From Octopus vulgaris (Eukaryota): 64,000 nucleotides of DNA. Location of the stretch: assembly GCA_951406725.2 (NCBI GenBank), contig OX597843.1, forward strand, positions 19,530,001 to 19,594,000, written 5' to 3'. The notes beneath the pieces are model-generated. The model made no database searches. It saw only the letters and a program-made list of their open reading frames with translations, and was not told the origin of the DNA. Both the position numbers and the translations under genes were made by a program. Positions 1 to 62,290 of the stretch are shown in pieces (the stretch's first letter is position 1; the number at the start of each line of letters is the position of its first letter).

Positions 1-790
1 TTTCGACTGTCTCTTACTTAGAGCCATTACTCCATCCGTGATTATATCTTCTAATTCATTACTTTGAATAATGATCGGCAAGTTTGATTTGCAATGCTTA
101 AGGTATTCTGGTAACATGGGTTGTGTGCCACTATAACTGGTATGATCTGTTCTCGTTTTCCTCTTCCTCGGGTGGCCCTAAGTTCTTGAATGGGTATTTC
201 TATATCAAGCTGTATACCATTTTCTATGAGTAGAGACGGATATTTTTGCTTGGGTAGAGATTCTTTTAGTTTTGTTAGGCTTTTGTCTCTGATTCTCACA
301 TCCTCCACAAACGAACAAATTTTCCCGGCTAGGTTGTATGGGATATTGCGTTTTGTATATGTTGGATAGTAAGATTTGAAGTTCAGGTATTGAACTTTAA
401 AGGTTATTTTATCTGTTTTGGTGACACAATTCGTGACACCAAAATATCTTTAGAATTGCCAAAGCAAACTTGACGATCGTTGTTCAAAGTAATGAATTGA
501 AGGAATAATATATATATTGATTTAGCTTCCAGACATTCTTTTCCGGACACAGTGTTTGTTATCATGAGACCCCTTATTGCACACAAACGTAGTAATTATG
601 CTCGCTTCTCTTTTGGTTTGCCAAAGCTTTATCTTTCTATAGCATTTGGTCAGTTCTTGCTTCAGCCTGCTTCTTCGTTGTTGTGGAGGTCTCCAACGAC
701 TACGTTGAAGCAATTCCATAGTAACAAGTTTCTTTTTGTTTTCAGGTGATCAAAGTATTCATTTGATTCTTCAAAACTGTATCTGAAATC
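1..790 (-). mobile_element. Penelope-like element fragment (RT C-terminal/linker region), degraded
   Basis: Minus strand reads ...RNIPYNLAGKICSFVEDVRIRDKSLTKLKESLPKQKYPSLLIE..., homologous in pattern to NIPFNLAKRIC...RNYPQSLID at 51.4-51.5 kb. Confidence 0.7.
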
Positions 791-1121
791 TGGGACATAA
801 ATTTAGAAGATGGTTAGCATTCCCTGTGGCATCGAGAGAAACACTCATTAGTCTCTCTTAATAAGAGACGTAGGAATTTATGTATTTTGCGAATATGTTT
901 TTCTCCCATCAAAACTACTCCCTGTCATGTAATGTTATCTCGTCTGCATAAATAAATGATAACATACTTAACCATTTCAAACGCGATACCCTGCAGATAA
1001 GGAAGGATATTTCAAACCCAGTAAAGCTGTAGAGATAGTAGAGAAAGACTGGGTATCCTTATGAGACGGAAAAGAGTTGCACTCGAACCCGTATCCCTCA
1101 GACATCGACTGAGTAGGCGAT

Positions 1122-2520
1122 AGGTAATTTGAATCCTGATAACTTCACCCCCGGTATTTTGACTCCGGTAATTTGACTACCAGTCAGTTTCACTCCCGAT
1201 ATTAGAAAAAATAAAACGTTGAATAAGGATAAAATAAAAAATCGAGTAAAACCTAAAATTATTGCTAAAAGTTTCAATAAAAATGAAGGTTAGGGGCTAT
1301 TGCTCGTACAAAAGCCATCTTATTTTCGGGACTATGTCGCTCAATACTTATCCGTTTGCTTATATCCTTTCTTTTATTTTTGTTTGGTCTCGCAGATCCC
1401 ACCTCCATCGAATTCAACCTGTCTCAACTGTGCCAAGTGTTCTTCCCTTTTCAATGCAGTAATTATCTCCATATATTCGGATGTGAGCAAATTAAGGAAA
1501 TTTGTAGGGCGTTGGAAAATCCCTCTAAAAGGTTTTTAGTGCGAGGCATATCCGATTCTGCTTTAAAGCGGACATTCCAACTACCAATTGGGAAACTAGG
1601 GAAGAAGTCCTTTGTAGTCTGATTCCTTTACTTTGCACTCTTCTTAGGTACGATAATCCAAAGTAGGTCACAAGTTCTTGCGGAAGATCATCGTCATCTA
1701 CAAGATTTTCGACTCCGTCAATCTCATCATCGAGACGAAGAATTAGCAACGCTTAAAACCATCTGATTTTAATGCTAAACTCATTATCATGATGGTATCT
1801 TTCCTTCAAGCCAAATTCACATGTTTTCTCTATATATTTTGTGATAGATGATAAAGACAGCATGAGATGGAAGTAGTAGGAAACAGATACAATGCTATTA
1901 ATATGAGCTTTTTCAAAATCCCTCATAACATCTTCAGGGCTCAGTCTTTGGAGTAATTCATTTAGCTTATAAAAAAGGCGGGTGTAAGTTTAGTGATTTT
2001 TTGGGGGGTGGGGTAATGCAAACAATTGCGGAACACTGAATAACCCCACCTGAATATGATGCATGGATTTTGAAGCACATGGACAATGAGGATCTTCACC
2101 AATGTGCTGAATTATGGTATGATCTTCATCATGTATCCTAATGTGCACTCGAGCGTTACAGGACATAATTTCGAATTTCCTGTAAGTCTTTGATTCATCA
2201 GCTTTTTGTTTCTGTGCTTCATAATATGTAATTCATGTCATCCACAAGTCTCTTCCTTCCGCGGATACTGTCAAAAACGTGAGGCATGGTGTAAGTATAT
2301 TTCCTTTATAAGTAACTTTTATGTCCTTGTAAGTTTGATAAATAATTTAACGAAGTATTTACACGAACGCACGAGGCTTCCTGTTATACGAGGTAACACG
2401 GCTCACAGCGAACTGCTTACCAATCAACTCCTGATAACTCGACAGTTCTTTATTCCTAGTAAATGTGACAATTCACTTTTAATCATATGGGAGTTGTCGG
2501 AATCCTTCCACAACAGTAAC
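1122..2520 (-). mobile_element. MULE (Mutator-like) DNA transposon remnant
   Basis: Fragments LPQELVTYF...GIR, WNVR and N.LEGFSNAL match the MULE transposase C-terminal pattern (WNV...RTNN.LEG.H); short GGTAATTTGA-like repeats at 1122-1200 resemble a terminus. Confidence 0.6.
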
Positions 2521-2681
2521 GAATGAGGTAAGGATGGATCACGGATAAACCTGTAAACTTTAAATTAAACATCCGAATGGATAACTGAAAAGGTACTTTC
2601 AGTTAACTGAATTACTCTGTAAATAAATCAATCGAATAGGTGACTGAAATGATATTTTCAGTTTACCGAATTACCTTGTAT

Positions 2682-2682
<1 letters not shown>

Positions 2683-2753
<71 letters not shown>

Positions 2754-2770
2754 AGCAACAACAACAACAA
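2683..2770 (+). repeat. Compound (CAT)n(CAG)n(CAA)n microsatellite
   Basis: Direct reading. Confidence 0.95.
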
Positions 2771-5438
2771 TAAGTAGTGCACTTAAAAGGTGCAAACCTC
2801 CACCGAGACAATACCAACATCCTCTCAATGATGAGCCAGAGATGATTTTTAGAATGAGAATATCTGAAATAAACTCGACTGCTCTCCCAAACGAGAATAA
2901 TAAAAGTGAACTCGACCGCTCTCAAAAATTAGATGGAGCAAACAACTTAATGCTGAAAACGGCAGGATCCGCATACTTCGCCTCGATGAATGACTCTCAC
3001 CTCTCTGACTCGTAAATAATTTATGGCACCAATTTATGAAAAGAAATGAGGCTCCAGAAATATATAACGCGTAACGTTATTAGACCTTCGATCCAGCGCC
3101 CGCGCAACACTCAGCTAATCACAACACATGGTTCAATAAATGTCCAATGACTTTTATGATAGTTATTTTAACCAATCTCAACAGAGTAGCGTGGTGAGCC
3201 TTCAGAAACTAACTTAATGTTTTCAAATATACAATAATAGAAATTGGTCTCGCTACACATCTATCACGTCCATATGTTCAGAATATTGCTATTGGTCAGA
3301 ATTTTACTATTCGTCTAGGCATTATAGCGGAATATGCAAGGGAACAGCACATCCCTTCTTGGAGCCCATAGCCAAGATGTGGATGTAACTAATCCAGAAT
3401 TTTATTCTTCGATAAACCTTGTGCTAACCGTTACGGTTTATAATCTACTAGTTCCATTTATATCTACTAGTTCCACTAGTTCCATGTGTTTGTATAGAAT
3501 TCAACATTTTCGTGCAGTCACGTATTAAAGCTTGATTGTCAGCCTGGACGTATTACAAATTGTCTGTTGTATGTCATATTTTCACAAGATTGTAAGTACT
3601 GCAACTACGTGTGACAAGCACCCATTATAGGTTAAGTGTTACGTACTGATGTATGGAACAGATGTGTAGATGTCTGTAGATATGTTTTTGAACATTGTGA
3701 ACCTGCGGAGTTAGTTTCATAACCAGGTTGTTCGTCATAGTGCTAGTATTATATTGGGGGCTCATCGTTGTAGAACCTATGGAATTTGTGGGCAACGGTA
3801 TGGAAGAGGGGCCATATCAGGACCGAAAGGCAGAGAGAAACAGATGAAGAAGTAAGTTATGGGATGAAAAATAATGAAGAATGATTATGTTTGTGGTTCA
3901 CAATGAAGAGAGAAAATATGTTAAACGAAACAGCGGAGATGAAAAACAATTATAAAAATGTTGAACGTCTTTGCTGGCTTAATTCTCCACGCGCAGGGAA
4001 GCAACATGTGATATGAGAGAGAGAGAGAGAAGCATGGAGTGATGAGGGAAGTGTATGGGAGAGGCAAAGCTATAAGAGAGAGGAGAGAGAGAGAGAGAAG
4101 TAGCAAAAGAGACAGAGAGTGAGTGAAGGAGAAATGTCATGGAGACAGATTTGTTTTCTTCACTGAAAGGAGAATAGAGAAAATATGTGTTCACAGATAA
4201 TAACGAAGAGAGGAAATATAAATTTTAAAACTTTTTCCTTTATTTCAGTCATGAGACTGCAGCCATGCTGGAGGAGGTGGAGGGCCCCTGGAATAAGTTT
4301 TAGTCGAACGAATTGACCCTAGTACTTTTTTCTCAGTATGGTGAAAATTGCCCAAAGTGCCATGTCACACGTTGAGACCAAGAAAAAAAAACGGAATTAT
4401 GTGGTTGGGAAGCAAACCTAATATTGATGGTCTCAGGCGAAAAATGGGGAAAATGGGCTATGAAAATGAATAGCATTACATATAAAATAATTACACAAAG
4501 CAAAGGAAATAATCACACTGAATGGTTCTTATGTTGAACATGTCAAAGAGAGCTGTGTAGTATCCGTCACACTAGACAGACAGGTTAGAAAAGACAGGTC
4601 ACGCTAGCATGTATAGCATTTGAAAGGTTTAAGAAACAGGATCTGGAGCTTGTAGGACATCAGCCAGCGATACATTGATAGGTTGCACATTTTTGTTTCT
4701 CTAATCAGGGTCTAGAAACACATAAGTAAGAGGTTATTAAAATGTGTTTAAAACTAAAGAGATATTATAGTGAGACTGGCGTAATTTGTATAAGAAACGT
4801 TATTTACATGAAATAAACCAGAACTGAAGTAGTCAGATGGAAGAGGGCGAAATGGTGCGACCATCTAATTAGAAGGAAAGTAAAAGATAATTCCTTAGTT
4901 CAGTAAATGTACGAAGACATCTAAAACCACAGGCCATGTAATAAGCAGTAGAAATGACTGAGCTGTTACGATACACGGCTACATATCTTTTAACAGCAAC
5001 AAGCAGATCATAAAAGAAGGGCGTAGCGGTGTTCCGGCTGGCAAGAGAGCCACAAATGTTCCGGAAAACAGAAGAGGCTAAAAAGCACACACATATATAC
5101 ATACACACACACGCACACAGAAATAGACACATGGACTATTGGCTCGGAGAGTTCTGTCCACTAGAAAACACTTCCACTGGACTCATCTGAGAAGAAATAC
5201 CAGCAACAACCAGGGGTTAGACTTGCAACAGACTGGCATCTCGTTTAGTGGGGTGTCTTCTATCCCCGGGTGTTGGAATATGTTGGATACCGAGAGAGAC
5301 TGCGGCCTAATGGGCCTGAATATCATGTAGAGAATATAACTAAGAAAATACTTCAATGAAGACATTGAGGCGTGCGCAGTCTCGTGTTAGTGTAACATTG
5401 ATGGAGTGAAAGTAGACATGAACGTGTAGAAGACAAAT

Positions 5439-5512
5439 CTACGTCCGGTGCTTTGATTGGAATGTAGCTGTTTGTGAAATGTTGATTACTTGAACAATGA
5501 CAGTTGAATGAC
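5439..5512 (-). CDS. Candidate terminal coding exon of the aGPCR: (S)HSTVIVQVINISQTATFQSKHRT*
   Basis: tcag acceptor at 5513-5516, phase-1 compatible, ends in TAG; no diagnostic motif, so speculative. Confidence 0.3.
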
Positions 5513-5959
5513 CTGATAATACTAATTAGATATATGATCGTAAATCTAATCAACATGATACATTTTGTAAGTTTTAACATTTTAGTGGAATGTTTAAAAT
5601 AACAAATGGAATCAATGCCTCTTCCGGTGGTATTTGATCTTAGTCTGCGGGATTACAGTTTTTCATCTAGAAAAAGAACGGTAGCAACAGATCAGATTTA
5701 ATCCTTTATTTAACAATTTTAAAGCTTACATTGATTACATTAAATTGGCAAGAAGATAGAATATCAATATAATTTCAAATCATGCAATATTTTCTGTTTC
5801 AAGCCATAGTGAGGCCCTGAAACTTGTGGAATTTACATTATGGTGGTTTATACAGTCTCATGCATGCATAGTGTTGTATTGAAAGGTACAATTATAGTGT
5901 CGTTACAAAGGAAAAAATATTTCATATTATATATGGAGAAAATATTATTTTATATCATA

Positions 5960-6755
5960 CTAGCACTATTGCCCGGCTCGTGCGCTCGTGCGTTCTATGC
6001 ACGAGCGAATTAAGCTAAACTTGGATGAAGTTCAATCAAAATTGAATTATTTTGGTTTTAAAATCAAGCATTTAATGCCCCCTATTTTTGCGCTTATGCA
6101 TTCCATTTCCTCAATAGGAAGTACGTAGAAGGGTTTCATATATTTTTGCATTGTTGAATTATTCTTTTAGATCAGTATTTCTCAACGTGGATTTCAGGGA
6201 GTCACTGGTGATGTATCGTGATGATCAAAAATCTGGCCTGCTAAAATTTGGTTAAAGTGATTCAAACTGCAGACTCAACGCAAAATGCTCACATTTAATT
6301 CAAAGCGTTAAAAATGTTATGAAAACAATAGGTATGTGTTCACAAAGTCCAAACGATTAATACGAAAAACCCTCTAGGCTACATTCGGAAAATTCCTTTC
6401 TTTGCCGAATTTCTACAATGTTTACGGCGATTCATTTTTATATCTTGATTTTTTATTTTTCATGCAATTTACGCATGCTTTCACGCGTGGTGAACACAGT
6501 TCACGTCAAACAGCTGACTGAGTAAAGTTCCCTATTCAATGCATTGGGATAAGCTCTAAACAAACACATTATCGATTTTTGCACTTCCGAGATGAATTTC
6601 GGAACAGAAATAGCGCAGTTCAATTTTCATTCGCCTAAACTTTAAGTGACCCATTTTTGGTGGTTCTACAATTTGTTGGCTAGGAGGCGATGTGCCGGGA
6701 AGTTAAACACACAGACACACACACAGACACACAAGTTGAGTTTTATATATATAGA
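5960..6755 (-). mobile_element. Non-autonomous Helitron (~800 bp)
   Basis: Minus strand starts A|TCTATATATATAAAA and ends GTGCTAG|T; subterminal hairpin CGCTCGTGC/GCACGAGCG (5983-6007); no TSD; second copy of its 5' half at 35897. Confidence 0.8.
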
Positions 6756-7099
6756 TATGGAGAAAATATCATTTTATATTATATATGGAGAAAATATTAT
6801 TTTATATTATTTTATTATTTTATATTATATATGGAGAAAATATCATTTTATATTATATATGGCATAATATATAATCAAAGACGATTCTTGGAGGTTCTTT
6901 TTCGATTTTCACTCAGAAGTAAGTTTCTGCTGCTCTATCCTCTGTTTCATTACCAGTTCTTGAACCTGGAAACATAATGAAAAAACATAAAATATAAAAT
7001 TTAAAGCACGTTAATTACCGGACAGTATAATACATACACACACACACACAGATATATATATATATATATCTATATATATATATATATATAATATATATA

Positions 7100-7371
7100 A
7101 GACCCCCTTCGGTCATGAATGACCATGGGATTGCACCTAGAAAGTTAACCTCCTAGACACAAGTCCGGGCAAGGTTGTTTATGCAAGACCAGCAGTCGCC
7201 CATGCATACCAGCCTCCCCTCTCCACGCCACCAGTGTTATCCAAGGGAAAGACAAAGGTCGATACAGCTTGGCACCAGTGACGTCGCAACTCATTTCTAC
7301 AGCTGAGTGAACTGGAGCAACGTGAAATAAAGTGCCTTGCTCAAGAACACAACACGCAGCCCGGTCCGGGA
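7100..7371 (-). mobile_element. 5'-truncated CORE-type SINE
   Basis: TGTGTTCTTGAGCAAGGCACTTTATTTCAC core on the minus strand; related copies at ~19450-19530, 41350-41480, 54600-54670, 59250-59310. Confidence 0.7.
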
Positions 7372-7389
7372 TACCCACATACACACACG

Positions 7390-7427
<38 letters not shown>

Positions 7428-7612
7428 CACACACACACATATATATATACATATATATAAGGAAAAATTACGAATAAACATTTCACGCTTCTATGTAATA
7501 TAAATAAGTCTACGTATTATTATTATAATTATATTTAAAATTATAATGATACAAACTAATGCACTGATCCTCTCTCCTAAACACATATAATACGTATGTA
7601 CTTATATGTGTG

Positions 7613-8385
7613 TCTGAAATCGGTCAGATATGGTAATAATGGAATTTTTTTAGAAATTTCTGTCGACCTTTTTTCGAATAGCGTGCGTATTGTGAAAAAA
7701 TTATATGGTTATTGGACAATATGTCCAATTTTTCGGCATATCTGGCATTAGAAATTTTTTCGTTTGCCCTTATTTATGAATGGATTATAAATTTAACCGT
7801 TAAAGGTATTTTTTAATATGCTGGCCATTGATAAAATTCTTTTCTAAAAAATATTTTTTTCGAAAAAATTTTATCCTACATTAGATATAAATTTAAGCGT
7901 TCACTTCCGGACTAGCTCACTCTGTGAGAACCCCAGTTCAAATCGCACGTGTCTCGAATGGGCTGGAGTATTTCTATTTTGGATGCATTTGGGGTACTTA
8001 GTTGTGCTCATGACTTAGTATTTGCTTCTTCCATGGGTATGAGTAAGTATCGCATTTATTTCTTTTGCCACATGTATCACTGACGAAGGGAGGGCTGTTA
8101 TAGGCTAACCCTGAAATCGGTCTGATATGGTAATAATGGAATTTTTTAGAAATTTCTGTCGACCTTTTGTCGAGTAGCGTGCGTATTGTGAAAAACAAAT
8201 ATGGTTAATGAACAATATGTCCAATTTTTCGGCATATTTGACATTAGAAATTTTTTCCTCTGCCCTCATTTATGAATTGTTTATAAATTCAACCGTTAAA
8301 GGTATTTTTTAATATGCTGGCCATTCATAAAATTCTTTGCGAAAAAATATTTTTTCGAAAAAAAATTTATCCTACATTAGATACA
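7613..8385. repeat. Direct duplication of a ~275-bp AT-rich unit (7613-7890 and 8111-8385)
   Basis: Both copies start CTGAAATCGGTC.GATATGGTAATAATGG and end TTTATCCTACATTAGATA. Confidence 0.85.
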
Positions 8386-8392
8386 TATATAT

Positions 8393-8435
<43 letters not shown>

Positions 8436-8909
8436 CGTAAAATAGAAGTTCAGGAAGACAGTGAGCTTCAAGGTTGTTTGGAGAATGTATAAAATACAAC
8501 TTTTAGGAACTGCAGTGATTTTTATTGGCGCAGATGTTTGTGAATGTATCCAGTATCGAAGTACGATAAGCTGGAAAAGGTAATTCTTTAGTTCACGGTT
8601 AGCAACTGTGGTTTGGATATGTATGTGTGTGACTTTATATATGAATATATATATATTCACTCGCCCTCCCTCTCTCCTTTACTCTGTCTCTCTCTCTCTC
8701 TCTCATCCTCTCTCTCGTTCTCTGTGTATATGCATACACACCCGTACTCATCTACTAAGGAAAGTTTGAAATTATCTTCATCTACTAAAACTTTCTGTGG
8801 TTGGACTGCCTTATGCTCTCGTGTGCTAAACAAAAGGTTGTACTCATGTAGTTACCTAACTGAGGAGTGACTTTCATCGCTCCAGTTTTCTTTCTTGTGT
8901 TACAGAGTA

Positions 8910-10060
8910 AACATGGCTTGCAGTGTGCCCAAAGAAAAATCAGGGATCAGTGACTGAATTTCCAAGACCGAAGCTGTTCCAGGGGCTGAAATTCATTGTA
9001 GGCTTTCAGAACAATACTAGGACAGCACTCCGCCGCGTAGAAGTGACTTTGAGTGGATGGAAAAGCTTTAAAACGGTTGGGCAAACGTGAAGCAGGGAGA
9101 GGGAGCAGGGCGCCCATCAACCTCCACCACTGACGTGAAGAATCAACAAACTTGCGTAAACCGTCGAGTGATCACGGACGGCGTGGTATGTTCTCTGCAA
9201 ATTAGTCAGGGTTCTGCATACGAAATCATCCACGACAAGCTTCCCTTTCTGAAAGTCTGTGCGAAATGGGTACCAAGAGAACTTATCAAAGCTCATAAAC
9301 GCAATTCTGTGGAGATCTATCAATGCTTACGTGACTACTACAACGATGAAACCGAAGAGTTGTTTGGAGAAAATGGTCACAGGAGATGATACCCGGATAT
9401 ATCACTTTGAACCACAATCCAAACGGTAGAGTATGGAGAGAAATACCCGGAATCGCAAGCGAAAAAGAAATTCAAGACTCAACCTTCCGCCGAAAAAAGG
9501 GTACACAGAATGGCTTATACCTAAATATTACCTGGAAAAGTAGTTTATAGTCACAAGTTTAAGCTATCGTGAAATGCTGGCCAACAAAGTGTAACTAGAA
9601 ATTTGCCCTAAACGCCGAGGTTTGTTGTCAAGGCAAGTGTTGAGGCCAATAAAAACTTTGGATTCGAGTTGCTGGAACCACCTGAATACCTATTTCTTTA
9701 CTACCCACAAGGGGATAAACACAGAGAGGACAAACAAGGACATACAAATGGATTAAGTCGATTACATCGACCCCAGTGCATAACTGGTACTTAATTTATC
9801 GACCCCGAAAGGATGAAAAGCAAAGTCAACCTCGGCACCTGAATACCATGCACATCTCGGCCCTTCCGATAACAATCTCGTCGGACCGCTCAGCCTTCCT
9901 TTACGAGGTCATACATTTGTTATGGATTAAGAAGTCCAAGAGGCCGCGAAGAAATGGCTGTGCAGCCAATCGAAAACCTTCTTCTCCGACGGAATAAGCA
10001 AGCTTGTAGAACACACTGGAGGAGGTGCATCGAATAGCATGGAGTCTATGTGGGAAAATG
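8910..10060 (+). mobile_element. mariner transposase pseudogene interrupted by a SINE
   Basis: GRPSTS, VCAKWVPREL, VTGDD(T), degenerate YSPDLAPSD (EYHAHLGPSD) and C-terminal FFSDGISKLVEH..RCIE.HG.YV; multiple stops. Confidence 0.88.
9691..9835 (-). mobile_element. 5'-truncated SINE (Meta-domain-like) with 12-bp TSD CACCTGAATACC
   Basis: TSD at 9679-9690 and 9836-9847; contains TTTCATCCTTTCGGGGTCGATAAATTAAGTACC on the minus strand. Confidence 0.85.
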
Positions 10061-11486
10061 ATGTAATTGTCTAAGACCCTGATTTTGTTTTAATACATTA
10101 CAGAAACAAAAGTGTGTGTAATTATTGAGTTATCTTTATATATAAATAATATGTGTTGTGTGTATGTGTGTTGTGTGTGAGTATATTATGTGTGTATGTG
10201 TGTTGTGCGTGTGTATGTGTGGGGTGTGTGTGTGTGTGTGTGGTGTGTGTGTATGTGAGATGTGTGTGTGTGTGTGGTATGTATATGTATGATGTGTGTG
10301 TGTGTGTGTGTGTATATATGTATATGTAGTGTGTGTGTATGGCCCGCACACACGCGTAGACGCGCACGCGCACGCACACGCGCACACACGGGCGGGCACG
10401 CATATACACACACCATCCTACCCCAAAGAATTCTTTAAACAACACACATCTATTTACACCACCCTGGAACCAATCAAAAACAGCCCCCACACATACACAG
10501 ACACATGTATACGTGTATGTGCACGCACACAGGGACACACACACTCACACCAATCTCACCTCCATACAGGCACATATATACACACGCAGCACCATGTCAA
10601 ATGCCATCCACACACATACATGCGTACACACGCACACACACACACACGCAACACCATGACAACCACACACGCGGTTGACAAACAGACACCATCTGACCAA
10701 ATACTACAGACACACAGACACATCTATTCACACCACATGTATATGTATGCACACACACATACACGCAGAGACTCACATATTCACCTCATCCTAACCCCAA
10801 AATCATTGATGCTTGAAGGAGAGCCAAAAAGAGAAAAAAATGGGTACATTCTATTCAATTCCACATTTCTGCTAAAACGTACAGGTTAGTAACAACCTCA
10901 CCACTACATTAATGTAAATCTTTTTGAACTCATAATAGTCTGTGTGTATACTGAACTTTTTTTAATAATTCCTCCTGGAAATTACCCTGAGATGTATAAT
11001 ATATTTGTTTTAATCTTTTCTGCCCATTTTTTTCAATGAGCTTGTTAAACTTTTTTATATTCTCAACATACTGTTGTCACCAAAGACTGTATATTTATAT
11101 GGATTATAGTACTCTGTGTCAACCAATATTCTGTGCAAGTTTGAATATACAGATACAATACCAATATCAATTCCTTCTGGAAACTATCTTAAGTATGTCC
11201 TTGAGAACGATTATTTATGTAATCTTTTTTGCCCAATATTTTAAGGAACTTGTTGAACTTTTTTATGTCCTTAACATGTCCCTGTTACCAAAGACTGTAT
11301 ATATACATGTAATGTAGCAATTTGCAACAGCCAATAATTAACGCAACCAAACTTTCACATGTTACTTTTGACAATCTTTTTCCAAAGAGTGAAACCGGTA
11401 AAGTAAATAAACATCTTTTAAATTGAATTTTCAAACCTTCTTTCGTATATAATTCCACTCGTGCGGTACCCCACAACTCAACTTTG

Positions 11487-11548
<62 letters not shown>

Positions 11549-11790
11549 CACAATACACACACGCAGAGAATACAGCTATTGTTGCTGCCGTTGATGACGA
11601 CGACGATCATGATGATGATAAGGAGGGGGAGGATCATGGCGATGACAACAGCGGTGTTGATATTTTTTGATGACGTCTATCGTAAAAGTGCTTGTGTTGT
11701 TGGAACTGTTGCCTGTGATTATCCCTATCATGACAATATTGGCGATGCTTTTGATGGTACAATGGATAAAAAAAGACAAATCGCACTCAC

Positions 11791-59633
<47,843 letters not shown>

Positions 59634-60399
59634 CTACAGAATACAAGTAAATATCTGTATTTATGAACCAAATAATGCAATGCATAGCAATAACAAGAAA
59701 TATTTTCTTTCTGAAGAAAAAAAAAATGTATACGTGTTACTATTCAAATCAATACATGTTAGACATATAAAGCAAATTATTAACAAAGACTATAAACCTA
59801 TTTTTATGTTCATTTGGAAATGTTTCAATAAAGTCACAAATTCAACTGAGAGAAGCATGAAAGCCACTTGTTGTCCTTTTAGTATTCTAATGTAACAAAC
59901 ACGTGAAAATCGTTGAACAAGTCAAATAAAAGGATGAAATTCGAAAGTTGCAAGCATTGTTGCAGTGGGAACTCCCAAATGAAACCTGAGAATCTCATTT
60001 AAGTTATGTTGCAATGTCATATAGAATGTGAAGAAAGCCATAAAATGTGAAGTGAGCAAAAAAATATTTGGATAAACAATAAAAAATATGATCACTAATA
60101 TTGTGCTTTTTCCAATATACACACATTTATGTATGTATGTATGTATGTATGTATGTATGTATGTATGTATGTATGTATGTATGTATGTATGTATGTATGT
60201 ATGTATGTATGTATGTATGTATGTGTGTGTATGTATGTATATATGTATGTATGTATGTATGGATGGATATGTGTATATATGTATGTATGTGTGTATGTAT
60301 ATATGTATGTATGTATGTATGCATTATGTATGTATGTGTGTATGTATGCATGTATGTATGTATGTATATATGCGTGCATGTCATTATTCACCGTTATTT

Positions 60400-61520
60400 C
60401 CTACATCTACGGCACCTTTATTGGAACTTCAACAACATCAATGTTACCATCATCTCGGAACTTTCTACCAACATATCCATGCATAGTCTTCTGTTCATAG
60501 ATACTCATCCGTTCATCTAATGATACGTTGCGGTAGAGTCGTGCGACTTCTTTGAGCATGTATTCTATGTTGTCGGATAAGGAATGTTGCTCAAGGAGCT
60601 GCCTTCCAAGTCATATGAATTATGCAAACTTGGTCAAAGGATGCACTTCGTCATTTGTGGTTATAAGTTGTTACCGAAAGGATATGATACGACATTCAAA
60701 GGCATTTTGCATCGATTCCTATTAAGGAGAGGCGGTCTACATCACTGTTTATGTGGAAATAATATGTACTTGTCGGTATTTTCCGGGTTTTCACATAAAC
60801 AGCTCGGATCTCATCAAGTGTCCAATAAAACAGCCCAAATGTCAGTATGAGTACTTGCACAGCAAACACGTTGTGGGCCAATGTTTTATTGAATGCATAG
60901 ATTTCTGAGGTCGAAATTTTATTTATTCAGCTGTAATGTTTTTTTATTATACTTTAATGACACCTGTAAATTAATGGCACCTGTAAAAAAGCACTTGTTT
61001 TGTTACAGGGGCTGTTGTGAGATATATTTTCATCAACCCCTAGATATCTGTAACATTCCTCATCAGATATAGGGGAAACAGTCAGGTCATTGATGGCGAT
61101 TTTGATAGTTAGGTTTACATTTTCCCCCCTTTTCACAACCATATAACATTTATCCTGAACAAACGCCAACCCTATATTTTTGGAGAATCTTTTAACTTGG
61201 TCAAGGCTCTTTTTCATCTCATCCATTATCTTTGCATAAAGTTTTAAGTCTTCCACAAAGAAACAGTATTCGATTTTGGTATTTTTGTTTCCTTGTGAAC
61301 CAATGAGATATCCTTAACATAAATGACATGAGGTTTATAGAAAGTATAAACAACATCAAAACGAGGTTGTCCCCTTGGAATATGCCTTTGCGATATTGTA
61401 TTCTGTCAGTGATAATAGTCACTCATTGTGTTTAATTTCATGATGGTGGCCCACAATGGAATCAGGTCAGCTATGGCTTTGATTATGGCTCACTGGAAAT
61501 TTAGCCAGATGAAGGACTTC
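60400..61520 (-). mobile_element. Degraded R4/Dong-like RT fragment
   Basis: KGIFQGDNL, EDLKLYAK, YRYLGV, FHINSDVDRL. Confidence 0.75.
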
Positions 61521-61834
61521 TAGCATCCATGTGTATGTATGTATGTATATCTGTATGTATGTATGTGTATGTACGTATGTATGTATATCTGTATGTATGT
61601 ATGTATGTCCGTATGTGAAAATGTGTGAATGAATGTGCGTGCGTATGTACATACATATACATACTGACTCGTATATTTTCTCGAGTGATGTGCTTAATCG
61701 GACCCCATTTTAAGTCTGTCATTTGGAACCTTCGCTGTTTATGCCGGATTCTTCTCTGTTGTAAACAATGAAGGCAGGTCTTTGGTTTCAGGATATCTTC
61801 CTACTTTGCCCCAACCAATCACAGCAGCCTTCTG

Positions 61835-62290
61835 AATGATCATGAGCATTGACTGTCTTCCTGGCTAAGCGCTAAAAATATACTTTACCTCTCTACGTTT
61901 TCTTCCTATCTCTCGCCTCCGCAGCATCACTCTTACCAACCCGCATCCACACATTATTTGTCCCTCCGCCCACATTTACACTTTATACACACTTCACACG
62001 ATAGACCACAGTTTCTCCCTACACATCTCAATCACACAGTTACTCTCTTCACACTTCTGAATGTTCATGAGCATTGACTGTCTTCCTGGCCAAGCGCTAA
62101 AAATATACTTTACCTCTCTACTTCGTTTTCTTCCCCTCTTTCTCCTCCGCAGCATCACTCTTACCAACCCGCATCCACATATTATTTGTCCCTCCGCCCA
62201 CATTTACACTTTATACACACTTCACACGATAGACCACAGTTTCTACCTACACATCTCACTTCGGTAGCACAGTTACTCTCTTCACACTTC
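61835..62290. repeat. ~222-bp tandem duplication
   Basis: TCTGAATG.TCATGAGCATTGACTGTCTTCCTGG at ~61831 and ~62056. Confidence 0.85.
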
